Shown here piece by piece: positions 22,301 through 34,789 of a DNA stretch of 38,001 nt. Source of the stretch: Chiloscyllium plagiosum (taxonomy: Eukaryota); contig NC_057759.1 of the NCBI RefSeq assembly GCF_004010195.1, positions 6,227,477 through 6,265,477 of the forward strand, written 5' to 3'. The notes under the pieces are model-generated. The model saw only the letters and a list, made by a program, of their open reading frames with translations. It was not told where the DNA came from and ran no database searches. The position numbers were made by a program, and so were the translations under genes. The stretch's first letter is position 1. Each line of letters opens with the position of its first letter.

Positions 22301-23699
22301 TGCACTGGGTCACCGCGCAGGTTCTGAGTCTCCCTATTGAGGAGGGCAGTCAGTCGCTGTTGTGCGTCCACACCCAGGTTGCGACGTTCCGCCTTCAGAC
22401 CTTGCAGTGATACCTTTACGTCGAGCCTCCTCCTAGGTGGTGCGCCCTGGCAATGTATTTTTTTCCGCCAGGTGCGTAGCCTCAACTACGACACGCAACT
22501 CCTGTTCGTCGACCGTGACGGTTTGGAGGTTGCCCTCAAGACGTTGCCTGTCTTTTACCAGGACCTGATCACTGTTTGGAACATAGTCGAATCGCATCGC
22601 GCCTACCCTCCGGCAGGAGTAGCGGCTGTCGTCAGGGAGCCGTTGCTCAGGAATCTGCACCTCCGTACTCGCGGGTTCGAGTGGCTGTCGGAGGGGAGGG
22701 CCGTGGCGGCGAGAATGACCATGGTCGGGGAACGTGCTGGGTGCCAGGGGCCTGGGCTGGATGCTGCCGCAGGACATAGCGAGCAGGGCAGCGGTAGACG
22801 TCCGGTACGTGGCCACAGCCATCCGACGCCTTAAAATGGCGGTGCTCGGACCCGACGTAGTGCACCAGTTGGAGGATGCTCAGGTGTGCGGTGGGATCCC
22901 GTCCGTACTCACCCCAGCCCGGACAGAATTTCAGATTGGCCCCAAGGTCCCCTACTTCCCGCGGGAGCCTGTGCCCCAAAACCTGAGCCGCCTCCAGAAT
23001 TTTAATTTTGTTCCCTTCCAGGGGGTAAAAAGGAGGGCCCTATATAGACTTCTGCTGCACACCGTCCACCTCTTCTCCCACCGTCCGGACACGCCTTGGC
23101 GTGCCCATTTGCCACCGGGCGGTGGGGATCCCCAGTGGAGGGCTCTCTACACGGGAGTCCTCCCACTTTCTCTCGGGGATCTGGGGTGGAGGGTGCTGCA
23201 CGCAGCGGTCCCCTGCAACTGCAGATTGTAGTGGTTCACGGACTCCTAGCCCAACTGCTTGTTCTGTGGCGCTGTGGAGACCATGGACCATGTGTATATT
23301 GGGTGTGGGCATTTGCACTCCCTTTTTGATTTTCTCAAAAACCTCCTCTGCTTTTGGTTGCACTTCAGTCCCACGCTCCTGATCTTCGGGCACCTGGTAT
23401 GGAGGAGGAAGGGCAGGTCTGAAGACCTCCTCGTGGGTCTGCTCCTGGGCCTGGCCAAACTGGCCATCAACAGGACCAGGCAGCGGGCCGTGGAGGGGGT
23501 CGTTAGGGCTGACTGCCTGCCCCTGTTCAGCGGTTACGTTAGAGCCCGGGTGTCCTTGGAGAAGGAGCACACGGTGTCCACCAACACCCTGGAGTTGCTC
23601 AGGAAGAGGTGGGCGCCGCAGGGAGTGGAGTGCATTATTTCCCCCTCCGACTCTATTTTGATTTAGTCGCTACCCTCCCCTTCACTGTTTTGATCACAC

Positions 23700-23873
23700 A
23701 GCATTGCCCTTTGAGGTGAAGGGCAGTGCTTGTCACTGGCCACTCGAGTGTTTTCCTATCTTCCTGGTGGTGGAAATTGAATAAAGATTCGTGCACTTTG
23801 TGTCTCTCAGTGTCTCACACCTACACCATGGGTGCTGGGGAAAAATAAGCACTACCGCAGTTAGGTGGTAGTG
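23700..23873 (+). other. Two stem-loops in the Tx1 3' UTR
   Basis: AGCATTGCCCTT/AAGGGCAGTGCT (23700-23730) and CACTACCGC/GTGGTAGTG (23850-23873), immediately before the A-tail. Confidence 0.65.
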
Positions 23874-24244
23874 TGGGGGTTTAAAAAAAGAGAGAAAAAA
23901 AACAAAGTTAAAGTCATAGATATATAAAGCATGTTAACAGTTGCTGGTTAACAGACATTCGCGTAAGGTTGAGAAATGTTATAAATCCCTAAATGAAACT
24001 GCAAGACGCCTAAATGAAAAGTGCAGCAACGTGGTTTAGTTTCAGCTTCTTCTCAAGGTTTAGAAAATAACCCACTCTCAAGATCAGAAATGGACAGATA
24101 CAGATCGGCAAATGAGGGAGAGTAAGACCGTGTGAAGTACACATTTGTAAACTAAAAGTAAATTAACATGAGTATTAATGTTTTTTGAACTTCCTCAGTT
24201 TTTGTACTTCATTATTCAGGTAAGACATACTCCTTTGTTTGGAG

Positions 24245-24410
24245 ATTGGCGGGCTTTTCAGATTGGAAAGAAAGCGGTTGATGAATTGGCGCCTGTCGAT
24301 TCCGCCCACCTCCCCGTGCCCGCACTCGATTGGGGGAAAGAGGCAGATTTCTGATTGGGAGCTGACCAATCCGAAATTTCCGCCCCACCATTCCTCCCGA
24401 AGCTATAAGA
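24245..24410 (+). promoter_or_regulatory. H2A/H2B-type histone promoter (six CCAAT boxes, GC boxes, TATA)
   Basis: ATTGG at 24245, 24262, 24285, 24329 and 24354; CCAAT at 24366; TATAAGA at 24404-24410. Confidence 0.75.
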
Positions 24411-24466
24411 GGCCGCAATGTGGGCGGATTATAGCTTTCTCTGAAAGTGGTTGTGAAATTGGGAAC

Positions 24467-24497
24467 GTGTCTGGAAGAGAAAAGGGCGGTGGGAAAG
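24467..24497 (+). pseudogene. H2A: Histone H2A-like N-terminal stub (ATG changed to GTG, ~10 codons)
   Basis: GTG TCT GGA AGA GAA AAG GGC GGT GGG AAA reads (M)SGREKGGGK, versus H2A MSGRGKxGGK. It lies ~60 nt after the TATA; no histone fold or stem-loop follows. Confidence 0.6.
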
Positions 24498-25719
24498 AGA
24501 GAGAGCGTATTCAACAGCAGTTAGTCATTTTTCAGCTGTAAAAGGAGGGAATGCGGTAAAGTGAGATTGTAAAGTTTGGTTTTTCGATTATGAAACTAAT
24601 CAACGTGTACGTTGTCGTGCATCCTCCTGCTCTTTTATACGTGATGGCGAAAATAAGCCGTTGATCTCTTGGCGTCATTTTTTACCTTTCTCTCCTGCGT
24701 CCACCTCACCAAGCCGCGTTAACACAAAGTGGGTCAATGAGGAGATGGGTTTTTTCCATAAATATTTAACCGAATACTAAAATTTGATGTGAAAATCATC
24801 TAATTATATTTCCGCAATCCCGGAATGAAGATCTCATTAGTTGCAAATTCACTGCCGCTGCCTTCCGTTTTGTTTTTAACTAAATTCCAAGAAAAATACA
24901 GTACTAATATCCCTTATCGCTTCCTACTCTCTCTGGATGAGCAACTGAACTTGTATCCGCCGTGAATCAATCGAAAAACCGCCGATTTAAACATCCTAAA
25001 AGCTAAAACTGTACACTGATAAAATTACAGAACCACACTTGATCAATAACTTTTATTTCATCCAGACTATTACTTGCCCGAAGACAATTTGTAATCCCTG
25101 CCTGAACGGGCAGATGGAAAAAACGCGCCACATAAACACATCCGCAGGCTCCCAGAGTGTTATGCCTGGGCAATATAATTACTGTAATACATAGCATTAA
25201 TGACTGGATTCCATAATAAATAAAAACAAATTATTATTTATGGCATAGGACAGCCAGGTACACATTGATATTATTACTGGGATGGACAGATATTCACGAA
25301 AAAGACGATCGACGGTCACGGGGAGCAGGCACGAGAATAAGTTTGAGAAATATCACCCATGGCAGAACAAGCTGGATTGGCAGAATGGGCTAATGCTGCT
25401 GCTACATTTACAATTTCAAGTCACGATGCGATTCTTTACATGGACTAACCAGGTTGCACAACAGTAGAGTCTCGATTGGCCGAATAGCCTCTTATCTACA
25501 TGGTAGGAATACTTGCAATTATAAATTCACCGGGCACGGTAAACAGCAACAAAGTGAACTGTCCACACCGAATGCTCTGCCGTACTGCGGAACACAGTAT
25601 TAGTATATTTTCAGAACTGAAATAATTTTAAAAGTCGCGATAAACGTGAAATAACCAGCTAACGTGAAATAAACGTGACGTTCCTCTCAGCATGCGCTGC
25701 CTTCCCCGTCCTCAGGTCT

Positions 25720-25760
25720 CCGCTCTCTATCGGAGGGTTTGAGTGGCTCTGAAAAGAGCC
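25720..25760 (-). terminator. H4 3' stem-loop (25745-25760) and HDE
   Basis: The minus strand reads CCCAAA-GGCTCTTTTCAGAGCC-ACTCA, followed by AGAGAGCGG. Confidence 0.93.
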
Positions 25761-25795
25761 TTTGGGTTCGCTGGAAAAGGGTCGCTTTATTATAC

Positions 25796-26743
<948 letters not shown>

Positions 26744-26996
26744 TTTTAACTTCATTCTGTTTTCCCGCTGTTCCTTGAGGTTGTGTGGACCAACTGTAGG
26801 AATGTGATACTCTTGTAAAAGGACATACAACTAGGGTCTTGGTAAAAACATTAGAAATAGCGCCGTTTTTCCTCTTTCCAACAGGTAGTTGGGGAGTTGG
26901 ATATTGAACTGTGTAAGCATCCTGGTAGTTGAGTAGTCCCATTCATGGTGCTGGGCAGATATTGCTCAGTTTCTGGATCTCACTCAACTGATATCA

Positions 26997-27106
26997 AGTT
27001 AAAAATCGCACAACACCAGGTTATTGTCCAACAGGTTTTTTTGGAAGCTCCTGATGTGTGATGTTTAACATTGTGCACCCCGGTCCAACACCGGCATCTC
27101 CAAATC
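26997..27106. mobile_element. Short fold-back PLE family B insertion
   Basis: Inverted pLTR pieces flanked by TCAACTGATATCA (26984-26996) and TCAATTGGTATCG (27105-27117). The paralogous site at ~33076-33090 is empty. Confidence 0.8.
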
Positions 27107-27299
27107 AATTGGTATCGAATCACTTGAAAAACAAACACAATCCCCAGACAAGGAGCAGCTCAGAGCAACAATGGAATCAGATCCGTGGTTCTGGTTAAGT
27201 TGTTGGCTTTAAATAAAAAAAACACATCCTAATTCATATGCAATGAATGTGATAATGATCAGTTCAATATTGCCAGACGAGCCTCGTGTTGATTTACAG

Positions 27300-27406
27300 G
27301 TGGTGACCCTGTGTCTTCCTCCAGAAAAACACCTGAGGGACTAAGACACTGTAATACTTCCTCAGTTTAAAGCAAAGAGTGACCAGCTGCCTCTAACAAA
27401 CGGAAG
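27300..27406 (+). other. Putative 107-nt exon
   Basis: GTTGATTTACAG|GTG...GGAAG|GTATGT, with the same length and splice signals as 33246-33352. Confidence 0.45.
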
Positions 27407-27654
27407 GTATGTAGCCCATTGACGTTTACACACCAGTGTTGAAGATAGATAAACTGACTCCTCATCCAAAATAGACATTCAGGAACTGCATTAAAATCTG
27501 CAGTTTTTAAGGGCAATTTCAAAGTTACAATGAAGATAGACAAATAGGCCACATTGTTGCAACGTTTCAACAACCATCCGTGAAGGAGGGGGTTAAGCAC
27601 AGAGATGGAAGGAAACTGTGCTCATCGACAGGGCATGAGTTATCGAAGAGTCGT

Positions 27655-28915
27655 CCAGTCATAGAAACATATAGCATGGAAACAGAGCCTTCGGTCCAAC
27701 TTGTCCATGATGACCAGATATTCTAGTCTCGTCTAGTTCCATTTGCCAGCACTTCATCCATCTCTCTCTAAACCCTTCCTGTTGATATTGTTAAAGTATT
27801 TAAGACAGCCCAGGGAATTCCTAGTGGACTCAGACCTATAAGCCTCTCTTAGTTCGTCCTGGAGATTGTACTCTTTGGTAGTCTGGTATAAAAACCTCGT
27901 ACAAACAGTTTAGTTTAATTTTAGCCTTCCCCTTTATTTACTAATAGTATCACTGTTACAACGTAACATTGACACCTATAATCCAGGCAAGCTGAGATTC
28001 TAAAACCTTAGAAAAATAGGATACCAGCTCTTCCTTTAAGAGCCCTCACAGGCTACTCCACTCTTCTGTCACAAACAGGCTTCCTTTTTACAAACTTTTA
28101 CAAAAAACACTGCATGTTCTTAATTAGACAGACAGTGGAAAGGCAATAATTCGTAAGGAAGAGAAGTTAATTAACAGATCTGTGTGCGCTTAGCTGATCA
28201 TTCCTGTAGGCCCTTAGCCATCCATCAGGTGGGAAAAACAGATTCAGCCGAGTCAGTGCCTGTTGGTGAGGTCAGACCCCATCATAAAGAGGTATCAATC
28301 TAAACTAAGTGGGAGAGGTCATAAGGTAACCTTGCATAGAGTTTGCATTTCATAATCAGTGATGGCTACTCAAAATCATCATAAAGTCGTAAAATGCAAA
28401 TAAATTTAAAGCATTCACATCTCTCACACACTAAGAATTCATTATAATTGATAGGACCTGACCGTTTATTACAAGGCTTTTGACATGCTGTCATTAATTT
28501 CACAAGTTAACAACTGTGAATATTATCACTGTGTCCTTCTTACACAGATTCATTGATGTTAAGGCAAATGTTCTTGATTGCTTTAGAGCATCCTGTTATC
28601 ACTTGGTGAGAACAGATTTTTTTAATCTTCTGTACATCCTAGGTTCCCCCTTTTGTGGTCTGATGCCTCCCTGCCTGTCCTGTTTATTTTCTTGTGTTCT
28701 ATAATTCAACATTACATTTAGTCTAAGTATTTAAGGACAAGTTTTAAGGCTTTCTCATTATACTCACTCAGACGCCTTTTAAATGTTATAATTGTACCAG
28801 GCTCCACCACTTCTACATGCGCCTTATGATTTTATAAACGTCTATAAGGTCACTCTCCAGGGAAAACAGCTCCAGCCTATTCAGCCTCTGCCTATAAGTC
28901 AAATCCTCCAACCGG
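27655..28915 (-). mobile_element. CR1 3' fragment (27655-27783 and 28757-28915) split by an unclassified ~970-bp insertion, possibly a solo LTR
   Basis: The CR1 tail motif (CCTTCGGTCCAAC..GTCCATG; CAGCCTATTCAGCCTCT) is colinear across the gap. The insert has no ORF and shows TGTTGA...TCAACA at 27780 and 28711. Confidence 0.55.
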
Positions 28916-30374
28916 GATGAAGCATATTTACATGGAGTTTATGTGTCACTGAGAAGGACAGAATTAATCCTTTACTGAATAGTTGTCACATCCAGAGATG
29001 ACAATTAAATAATGTGAATTTCAAACAGACAATCTATGCAGGTAGCTCATGTGCTACTCGCAACATGTCCTTTCTATAACCCACTGGCAATATAACTTGA
29101 TAAACTTCTGCCCATTCTCATCTGCCTGAATATGATGTTCTCCATTTCCTCATTAAGACATCATTTTAAAGATAATAACAATCAGGGATACATTTGGATT
29201 CGTTTTGTGTATGCCTTTTGATACACTTGCTTTAAATTTTATCTTTTTGCTTTAACTCAGTTAATGTACCTGAGCTAAAGATGTCTGCTTTGTCATCTCT
29301 GTTCCTGGTGTGTCTCAACTATCTGATCAGACAGGATCTCTGCTAATTTCCCTTCAACTTCCTTATCTGTACTCTTTGAACTTTCCTGTTTCAACTGGTG
29401 ACTTTGTGACCTTGTTACCACAGTCAGGAAACATCCCAGTTGTCTGAACTTGCATTGGCTTTTCAACCACAGTCAGCACTCCCACCAGTGATTCAGCAAC
29501 ATCATTAGCAAAGACAAATTGTATTCCTGGAGCTGAGCATTTGTCCAGTACTCCTACTATGACTTCTCCCCTCTTCACGGGACACTCTAACCTCACTTCT
29601 TACAATTGAGTATTTCTTATTTCAATGTGAATTCCCGTTACTCGTACCTTTTCTGGCAGATGTCCTTCGGAGGTACATATATCCTCATCTTTTAGCATCA
29701 CAGATTGAGAGGATCCTTGTATCTCTGAATATTGTTACCTCTTCACCTGCTGCTCCTGGTGTATGTGAGTAAAATTTACCTTCTGACCAGCTTGTATATT
29801 TTGGTGCAGCTTTCTCGTCTCCACAGTGCTCTCTGTTACCACTCCAACAAAATTCACTGGCTTATCCTGTTTTCCTACATCTGGCTTCTAAGTGCTTTTC
29901 CTAACCCACTAATACTGATTCCATGTGGCCTACTTTTTTGACTTCTCTTTCCCCTTCAAGGGTTTTCTTTTTACCCTGTGGTAAATCATCCTTATGCTCT
30001 TCACAGAGATCTACTTTTTATTTTCCATGTGAGAATTTCTCTTAGCCACAATTATTATCTCTCATGGATTCAAATTGATTTTGGCAGCCCAATTTTGATT
30101 TATTGATCAACTCAATTATCAGCCATTTCTGATGCCAGTCTTGCTCTTACACATGAGTTCTCATTACTTCTGGAAGTGATTTTTTGAACTCCTGTCTAAG
30201 TGCCAATTTCCAAAGTTCAAAGTCCCTCTTTCTTCCTTTCCTCACTCTTCTTTTCTCTCTTTTCTCCCTTTCAATCGTAATTCAAACTGTTTCGTTTCTG
30301 TTGCCCTTGACTTTTGCCTCTAACTTGAGTTGTTTCATTTTCAATTGCATGTTAGCCATCTCTGAAGATGGCGT

Positions 30375-30665
30375 TTCCAGCCAATTTAAATGTTGAGCTA
30401 TTGCTGTAGTTATCGCTCATTTCCTCGTGGGTGGAGGCAGGTCAAGCTCCAGCCGGTCTGCTAATTCCAGCAGCTTGACATTAATCACTTTTTGCAAAAA
30501 TCTGAAGCCACTTCTTCCATTCCAGCCAATTTAAATGTTGAGCTATTACTGTAGTTATCGCCCATTTCCTCGGTGGGTGGAGGCAGGTCAAGCTCCAGCC
30601 GGTGTGCTAATTCCAGCAGCTTGACATTAATCACTTTTTGCAAAAATCTGAAGCCACTTCTTCCA
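30375..30665. repeat. 145-bp tandem duplication within the gag relic
   Basis: 30375-30519 and 30520-30665 are nearly identical, with TTCCA microhomology at the junction. Confidence 0.92.
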
Positions 30666-30714
30666 CCCCCAGAAAACTCTTGACTCAGAGCAATTGGTAT
30701 CCCAAGCACTTTTT

Positions 30715-30833
30715 CCTAATGAAAGGCTGATGCCTGAAACATTGATTCTCCTTCTCAGATGCTGCCTGACCTTGCTTTTCCAGTGCTACATTCTCGCCTC
30801 TGATCTCCAGCATCTGCCGTCCTCACTTTCTCC
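30715..30833 (+). mobile_element. PLE family A pLTR with degenerate hammerhead
   Basis: CTAATGAAAGGCTGATGCCTGAAACATTGATT...CTCCAGCATCTGCCGTCCTCACTTTCTCC, flanked by CCAAGCACTTTT and CCAAGCGCTGTT. Confidence 0.8.
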
Positions 30834-31575
30834 AAGCGCTGTTTAAACCAATTGAATTCAACATTCGGAACAAAAGACGCTAAGACTTATCCTTCACTGT
30901 CTTTGAGTCCAACAACCCGAATCCCAAATCAGAACTACAGAATAAATTCTGCAAACAGCCCTCAGCCTGTTATGGAAAAGGCCAGACCCCCTCCAAACAT
31001 TTCAACAAAGTAACCCAGACCCTAACTTTGCTAGTTGTTTTAAGCAGGTATAACGAAGATATTCCAGGGGGGGATGCAGCTGGTCAAACTAGTAGTTTTA
31101 AACAAAACAGTTTGATTTACGAATTTACCGAATGATACACAAACAAAAGAGTACAGAATACTAAATAACTTAAAAATCCAAAAACCCAACAGATTATATC
31201 AATTTAATGATGGTGGGTTCAACATTTACAACAATCCCCATAAACACCTCTTGGCACAAAAGGTAAAATCAAACACAGGGTCTTACAGGAGAGATGTAAG
31301 AGAGAGTGTACCAGCATGGACCTGCTTCTTTGGGTTCAGCAGCTTTTTCAACTGTCTGACTGCTTTCAGTCAATAGCCAGACAGCCAAAAACCAAATCAA
31401 ACCACAGAAAAGCTGAGCTGGTAAAACTGGGATACTCCCCTTTCATTGTACAAGTGTTCTATTTAAAAATGTGGAAGCCTTTTGCCTGGGGCATTACCTG
31501 TTAGCTATAATCAAAATGGCCCTAAAACCCATCAACTTCGACTTTACAAGTTGTTAAAGGAGCAGCAGCATCACA

Positions 31576-32860
31576 GCAGACTGGGTGAAGAAGTAAAAGC
31601 CCACGGGATACAGGGTCATGTGCTGAATTGGATCCAAAGTTGGTTCAGTCACAGGAAAGAAAGGATAATGGTCAATGGTGGCCATTGTGAATGGAAAGCT
31701 GGTTTAAGTGGTGCTCTGCATGGCTCAAACCTGAGCTGTTTGGTTTATACATTAATGATTTGGAGTTGAATATGTTGGGCAAATTTGTGAAATTTGCAGA
31801 CGACACAAAAATTGGCCGTGTAGTGGATAGTGTGGAGGATAGCTGTAAGCTCCAAACCTATATGGATGATTTGGTGGAGTGGGCAGGAAAGTGGCAGAGT
31901 TCAGCTGTGATAAGTATTGGGGAATGCATTTTGGAAAGTCAGACAATAAATGGGAATAGACAGTAAATGGGAATATACTGAGAGGGGCAGATGAAGTGAG
32001 AGATCTTAGTGTGCAAATGCACAGGTCCCTAAAGATAGATGTGGTTGTAAAGAAGGCACATGGAACCTCATTGGCAGATGGGTGCCTACAAAAATAGGGA
32101 AATAACAATGAAACTGTATGAAGCACTGGCGGCTACAACAGAAGATGTGTGTGCAGTCGGGTCACCACGTTACAGGAAGGACGTCATTGCTGTGGAGAGA
32201 GTGCAGAGGAGATTTACTCAAATGTTGTCAGGGCTGGTGAATTGTAGCTATTTGGAGAGGTTGGGGTTGTATTCCTTGGAGCCGAGGTGCCATGATTAAG
32301 GAATACAGGGTGACCTCACATTCGTGGGTCCGGTTATCGCGGTATATAAAGGAGAATGTTCCTGGAACATATCCACCACGGCTACGGCGGGTCTACAGTA
32401 CTAAATAGTGAGCTACCCAATGAAGACGCAGCACTCTGAAAGTGTGCACTTCCATATAAACCTGTTGAACTATAACCTGATGTTTACTAACTAGTGAGAG
32501 GGAGCCATTAGGTAGGAGGAACCCATTTCCTTTGGCAGAGAGTTCAAAAACCAGGGATCACTGATTTAAGCTCAGTGGTTGTAGGATTAGATGATATGAG
32601 CAATTTTTTTATGCAGAGAGTGGTGGGTATCTGGAATTCACTGCCTGATTTGGAGGTGCAGGCAGAGACCTTACTTTTTTTTTAAACAAAAATTCTATGG
32701 AACTGCACCTCAAGTGTTGTAAACTGCAAGGTTACTGGCTGTGGCAGGATGGTGGCATGAGAAAGGGCACCTGGGTGTGGTGGCATTGGCTTGGACAAGA
32801 TGGACTGAATGCCCTCTTCCCCCCCCCTCCCCCGATGCTGTATTATTTTTATGATTCTCT
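31576..32860 (+). mobile_element. CR1 LINE 3' portion (RT C-terminus and 3' UTR)
   Basis: HGIQGHVLNWIQSW, YINDL..KFADDTKIG, YRKDVIAVERVQRRFT, and a CR1-like tail. Confidence 0.9.
32413..32484 (+). mobile_element. Short PLE family B pLTR insertion
   Basis: Degenerate hammerhead plus AAACCTGTTGAACTATAACCTG, with TSD TACTAAATAGTGAG (32399-32412) / TACTAACTAGTGAG (32485-32498). Confidence 0.75.
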
Positions 32861-33029
32861 AGTTATCGATGAGACCAGACCAGTCAATGCTGTGTGAATG
32901 TAAATATATTTACCATACAGCAAAAGTTACCGTTTGATAATTACACCCACACATTCACCAAGCAGGAACTGGCAGGTATAGATCAATAACTGAACTCACA
33001 TATCCACATACCCACTTGCATCAGTTGCC

Positions 33030-33580
33030 CCCATTCATGGAGCTGTATGGGTATTGTTTAGTTTCCGAATCTCACTCAACTGGTGTTAGAATTTTAAGAA
33101 AAAAATGGACAAAGAGCAGCTTTGAGCAGGAGTGGAATCAGACCTGTGGTTCTGTTTAAATTGCTGGCTTTAAACAACAAACCCTAATGATCATTAACTG
33201 AATGTTACATTGATGTTGCCAATCACAACTGAGGTTGATTTACAGGAGGTATCTCTTCTGTCTTCCTCCAGGCAAGTACACAAGGACCAAGACAATGTAA
33301 TATTCCCCCGGTACAGAGCCAAATGTGACCAGCTGCTTCAAACAAACAGCAGGTATGTTACTGCGGTCAGAGCGAAGAACATCCTTTCCACAGTCACAGA
33401 GTGGATTGAGTCAGGTTCACATTGAGCTCCATTTCCAGAGAGATATGTTCAAACCAAGAGTCAAACACGACCAAGGAAATAAAGTTTATATTTTTTAATC
33501 TATATTCTCAATGCATGCTACCCATTTCCAATCAATTTGAATGAATCCTCATCCGAAATATACATTGCATTAAATCTGAA
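33030..33580 (+). repeat. Third diverged copy of the exon-bearing module; putative exon 33246-33352
   Basis: Colinear with 26940-27505 and with the reverse complement of 20-580; TTGATTTACAG|GAG...CAGCAG|GTATGT. Confidence 0.8.
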
Positions 33581-33936
33581 CATAGAAAGGTACAGCACAG
33601 GAACGGGTCCTTCAGCCCACGATGTTGTGCCGAACATGACATCAAATGAAATTTAATCCCTTCTGCCTGCCCATGGTCCATATCCCTCCATTTCTTGCAT
33701 GTTAATTTGCTTATTGTTAAGTCCCTTCAATACCTTTATCGTATCTACCTCCATCAGCACCCCTGGCAGTGCGTTCCACTCCTACCGCTCTCTACATTAA
33801 AAGAAACTGCACCGTGGGTCTCCTTTGAGATTTCCCTGTCTCACCTTATATGCATGCCTCTTAGTTTTAGACATTTCAGCTCTTGGAAATAGATTCTGAC
33901 CGTCAATCTTAAGCATGTATCTCATAATATTATGGA

Positions 33937-34789
33937 GTTCTGGATATAGGTTTGCTCACTGAGATGGAAGGTTTGCTTTCAGACGTTTTGTAGTTAATCA
34001 TCAGTGAGCCTCTGGATGAAGCACTGGTGGTATGGCCCGCTTTCTGTTTATATGTGTAGGTTTCCTTGGGTTCATGATGTCATTTCCTGTGGTGGTGTCA
34101 TTTAGTGTTCATTTTCTCCAGGGTGGTAAATGGGATCCAAGTCAATCTGTTTGTTGATGGATTTCTAGTTGGAATACCATGCTTCTTGGAGTTCTATTGC
34201 ATGTCTCGGTTTGACTTGTCCTAGGATGGATGTGTTGTCACAGTTGAAGTGGTGTCCTTCCTCACGGCACGGTGGCACAGAGGTTAGCACTGCTGCCTCG
34301 CAGCGTCAGAGACCCGGGTTCAATTCCCGCCTCAGGTGACTGACTGTGTGGAGTTTGCACGTTCTCCCCGTGTCTGCGTGGGTTTCCTCCGGGTGCTCCG
34401 GTTTCCTCCCACAGTCCAAAGTAAATGTAGTGGTATGGGTGGGTTGCGCTTCGGCGGGGTGGTGTGGACTTCTTGGGCCGAAGGGCCTGTTTCCACACTG
34501 TAAGTAATCTAATCTAATCTAATTTCACCTGTATGTCAGGATACTAGTGAGAGTGGGTCATGTCTTTTTGTGGCTAGTTGATGTTCATGTATCCCGGTGG
34601 CTAGTTTTCTGCCTGTTTGTCCAATGCAGTGGACACATAAATAGAAAGCAGGCCATACCACCAGTGCTTCATCCGGAGGCTCACTGATAATGGTACCTAA
34701 TATGGTGACAAAACATCTGAAAAGGAACCTTCCAGCTTCGTGAGAGAACCTAGATCCAGAACCTCAACCTGAGCTACAACTCTTCTCAA
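33937..34789 (-). mobile_element. Penelope-like element (third family) with GIY-YIG remnant and inverted pLTRs
   Basis: Minus strand: HCIGQTGRKLATGIHEHQ...EEGHHFN.DNTSIL...EAW..SINK. 33937-34055 is inverted against 34632-34762. A degenerate hammerhead lies at 34684-34717. Confidence 0.85.
34265..34523 (+). mobile_element. HE1-type V-SINE (tRNA-derived head)
   Basis: A box TGGCACAGAGG, B box GGTTCAATTCC, V-domain, a CR1-like tail TGGGCCGAAGGGCCTG, and an (AATCT)n end. Confidence 0.92.

Larger units (their letters stand above)
18094..23901 (+). mobile_element. Tx1-clade (L1 group) non-LTR retrotransposon, 5'-truncated and decayed
   Basis: A Pro-rich ORF1 remnant ends at ~19793. ORF2 runs 19847-23666 in broken frames: APE (IASLNSNG, FLQETH, LVNVYTP, LGGDFNC, SRIDLLY, DHHLV), RT (KNWCPISLLSTDYKI, LDQEKAFDRVDH, RGVCQGCPLSG, SAYAD) and a C-terminal zinc finger (CLFCGAVETMDHVYIGC). 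It has a 3' UTR and an A-rich tail. Confidence 0.93.
29160..31575 (-). mobile_element. Gypsy-type LTR retrotransposon remnant (LTR ~30968-31575, gag and protease relics)
   Basis: On the minus strand: VTIFRDT..SSQS (protease DTG region, ~29699-29738), GEVIVGVL...GIQFVFANDVA, a KVGH knuckle relic near 29915, and a gag N-terminus KLLELAHRLEL. A TG...CA-bounded segment is the candidate LTR. Confidence 0.7.

Noticed and set aside
18401..23570. Numerous long antisense and alternative-frame ORFs in the Tx1 element
   Set aside because: These are expected in very GC-rich, stop-poor sequence. Only the plus-strand ORF1/ORF2 fragments have domain motifs.
32303..32400. Possible Tigger/Tc1-mariner MITE flanked by TA
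   Set aside because: The terminal inverted repeats are too degenerate to support by eye.
34265..34335. tRNA gene
   Set aside because: The A and B boxes belong to the SINE head and run directly into the V-domain. There is no complete cloverleaf.
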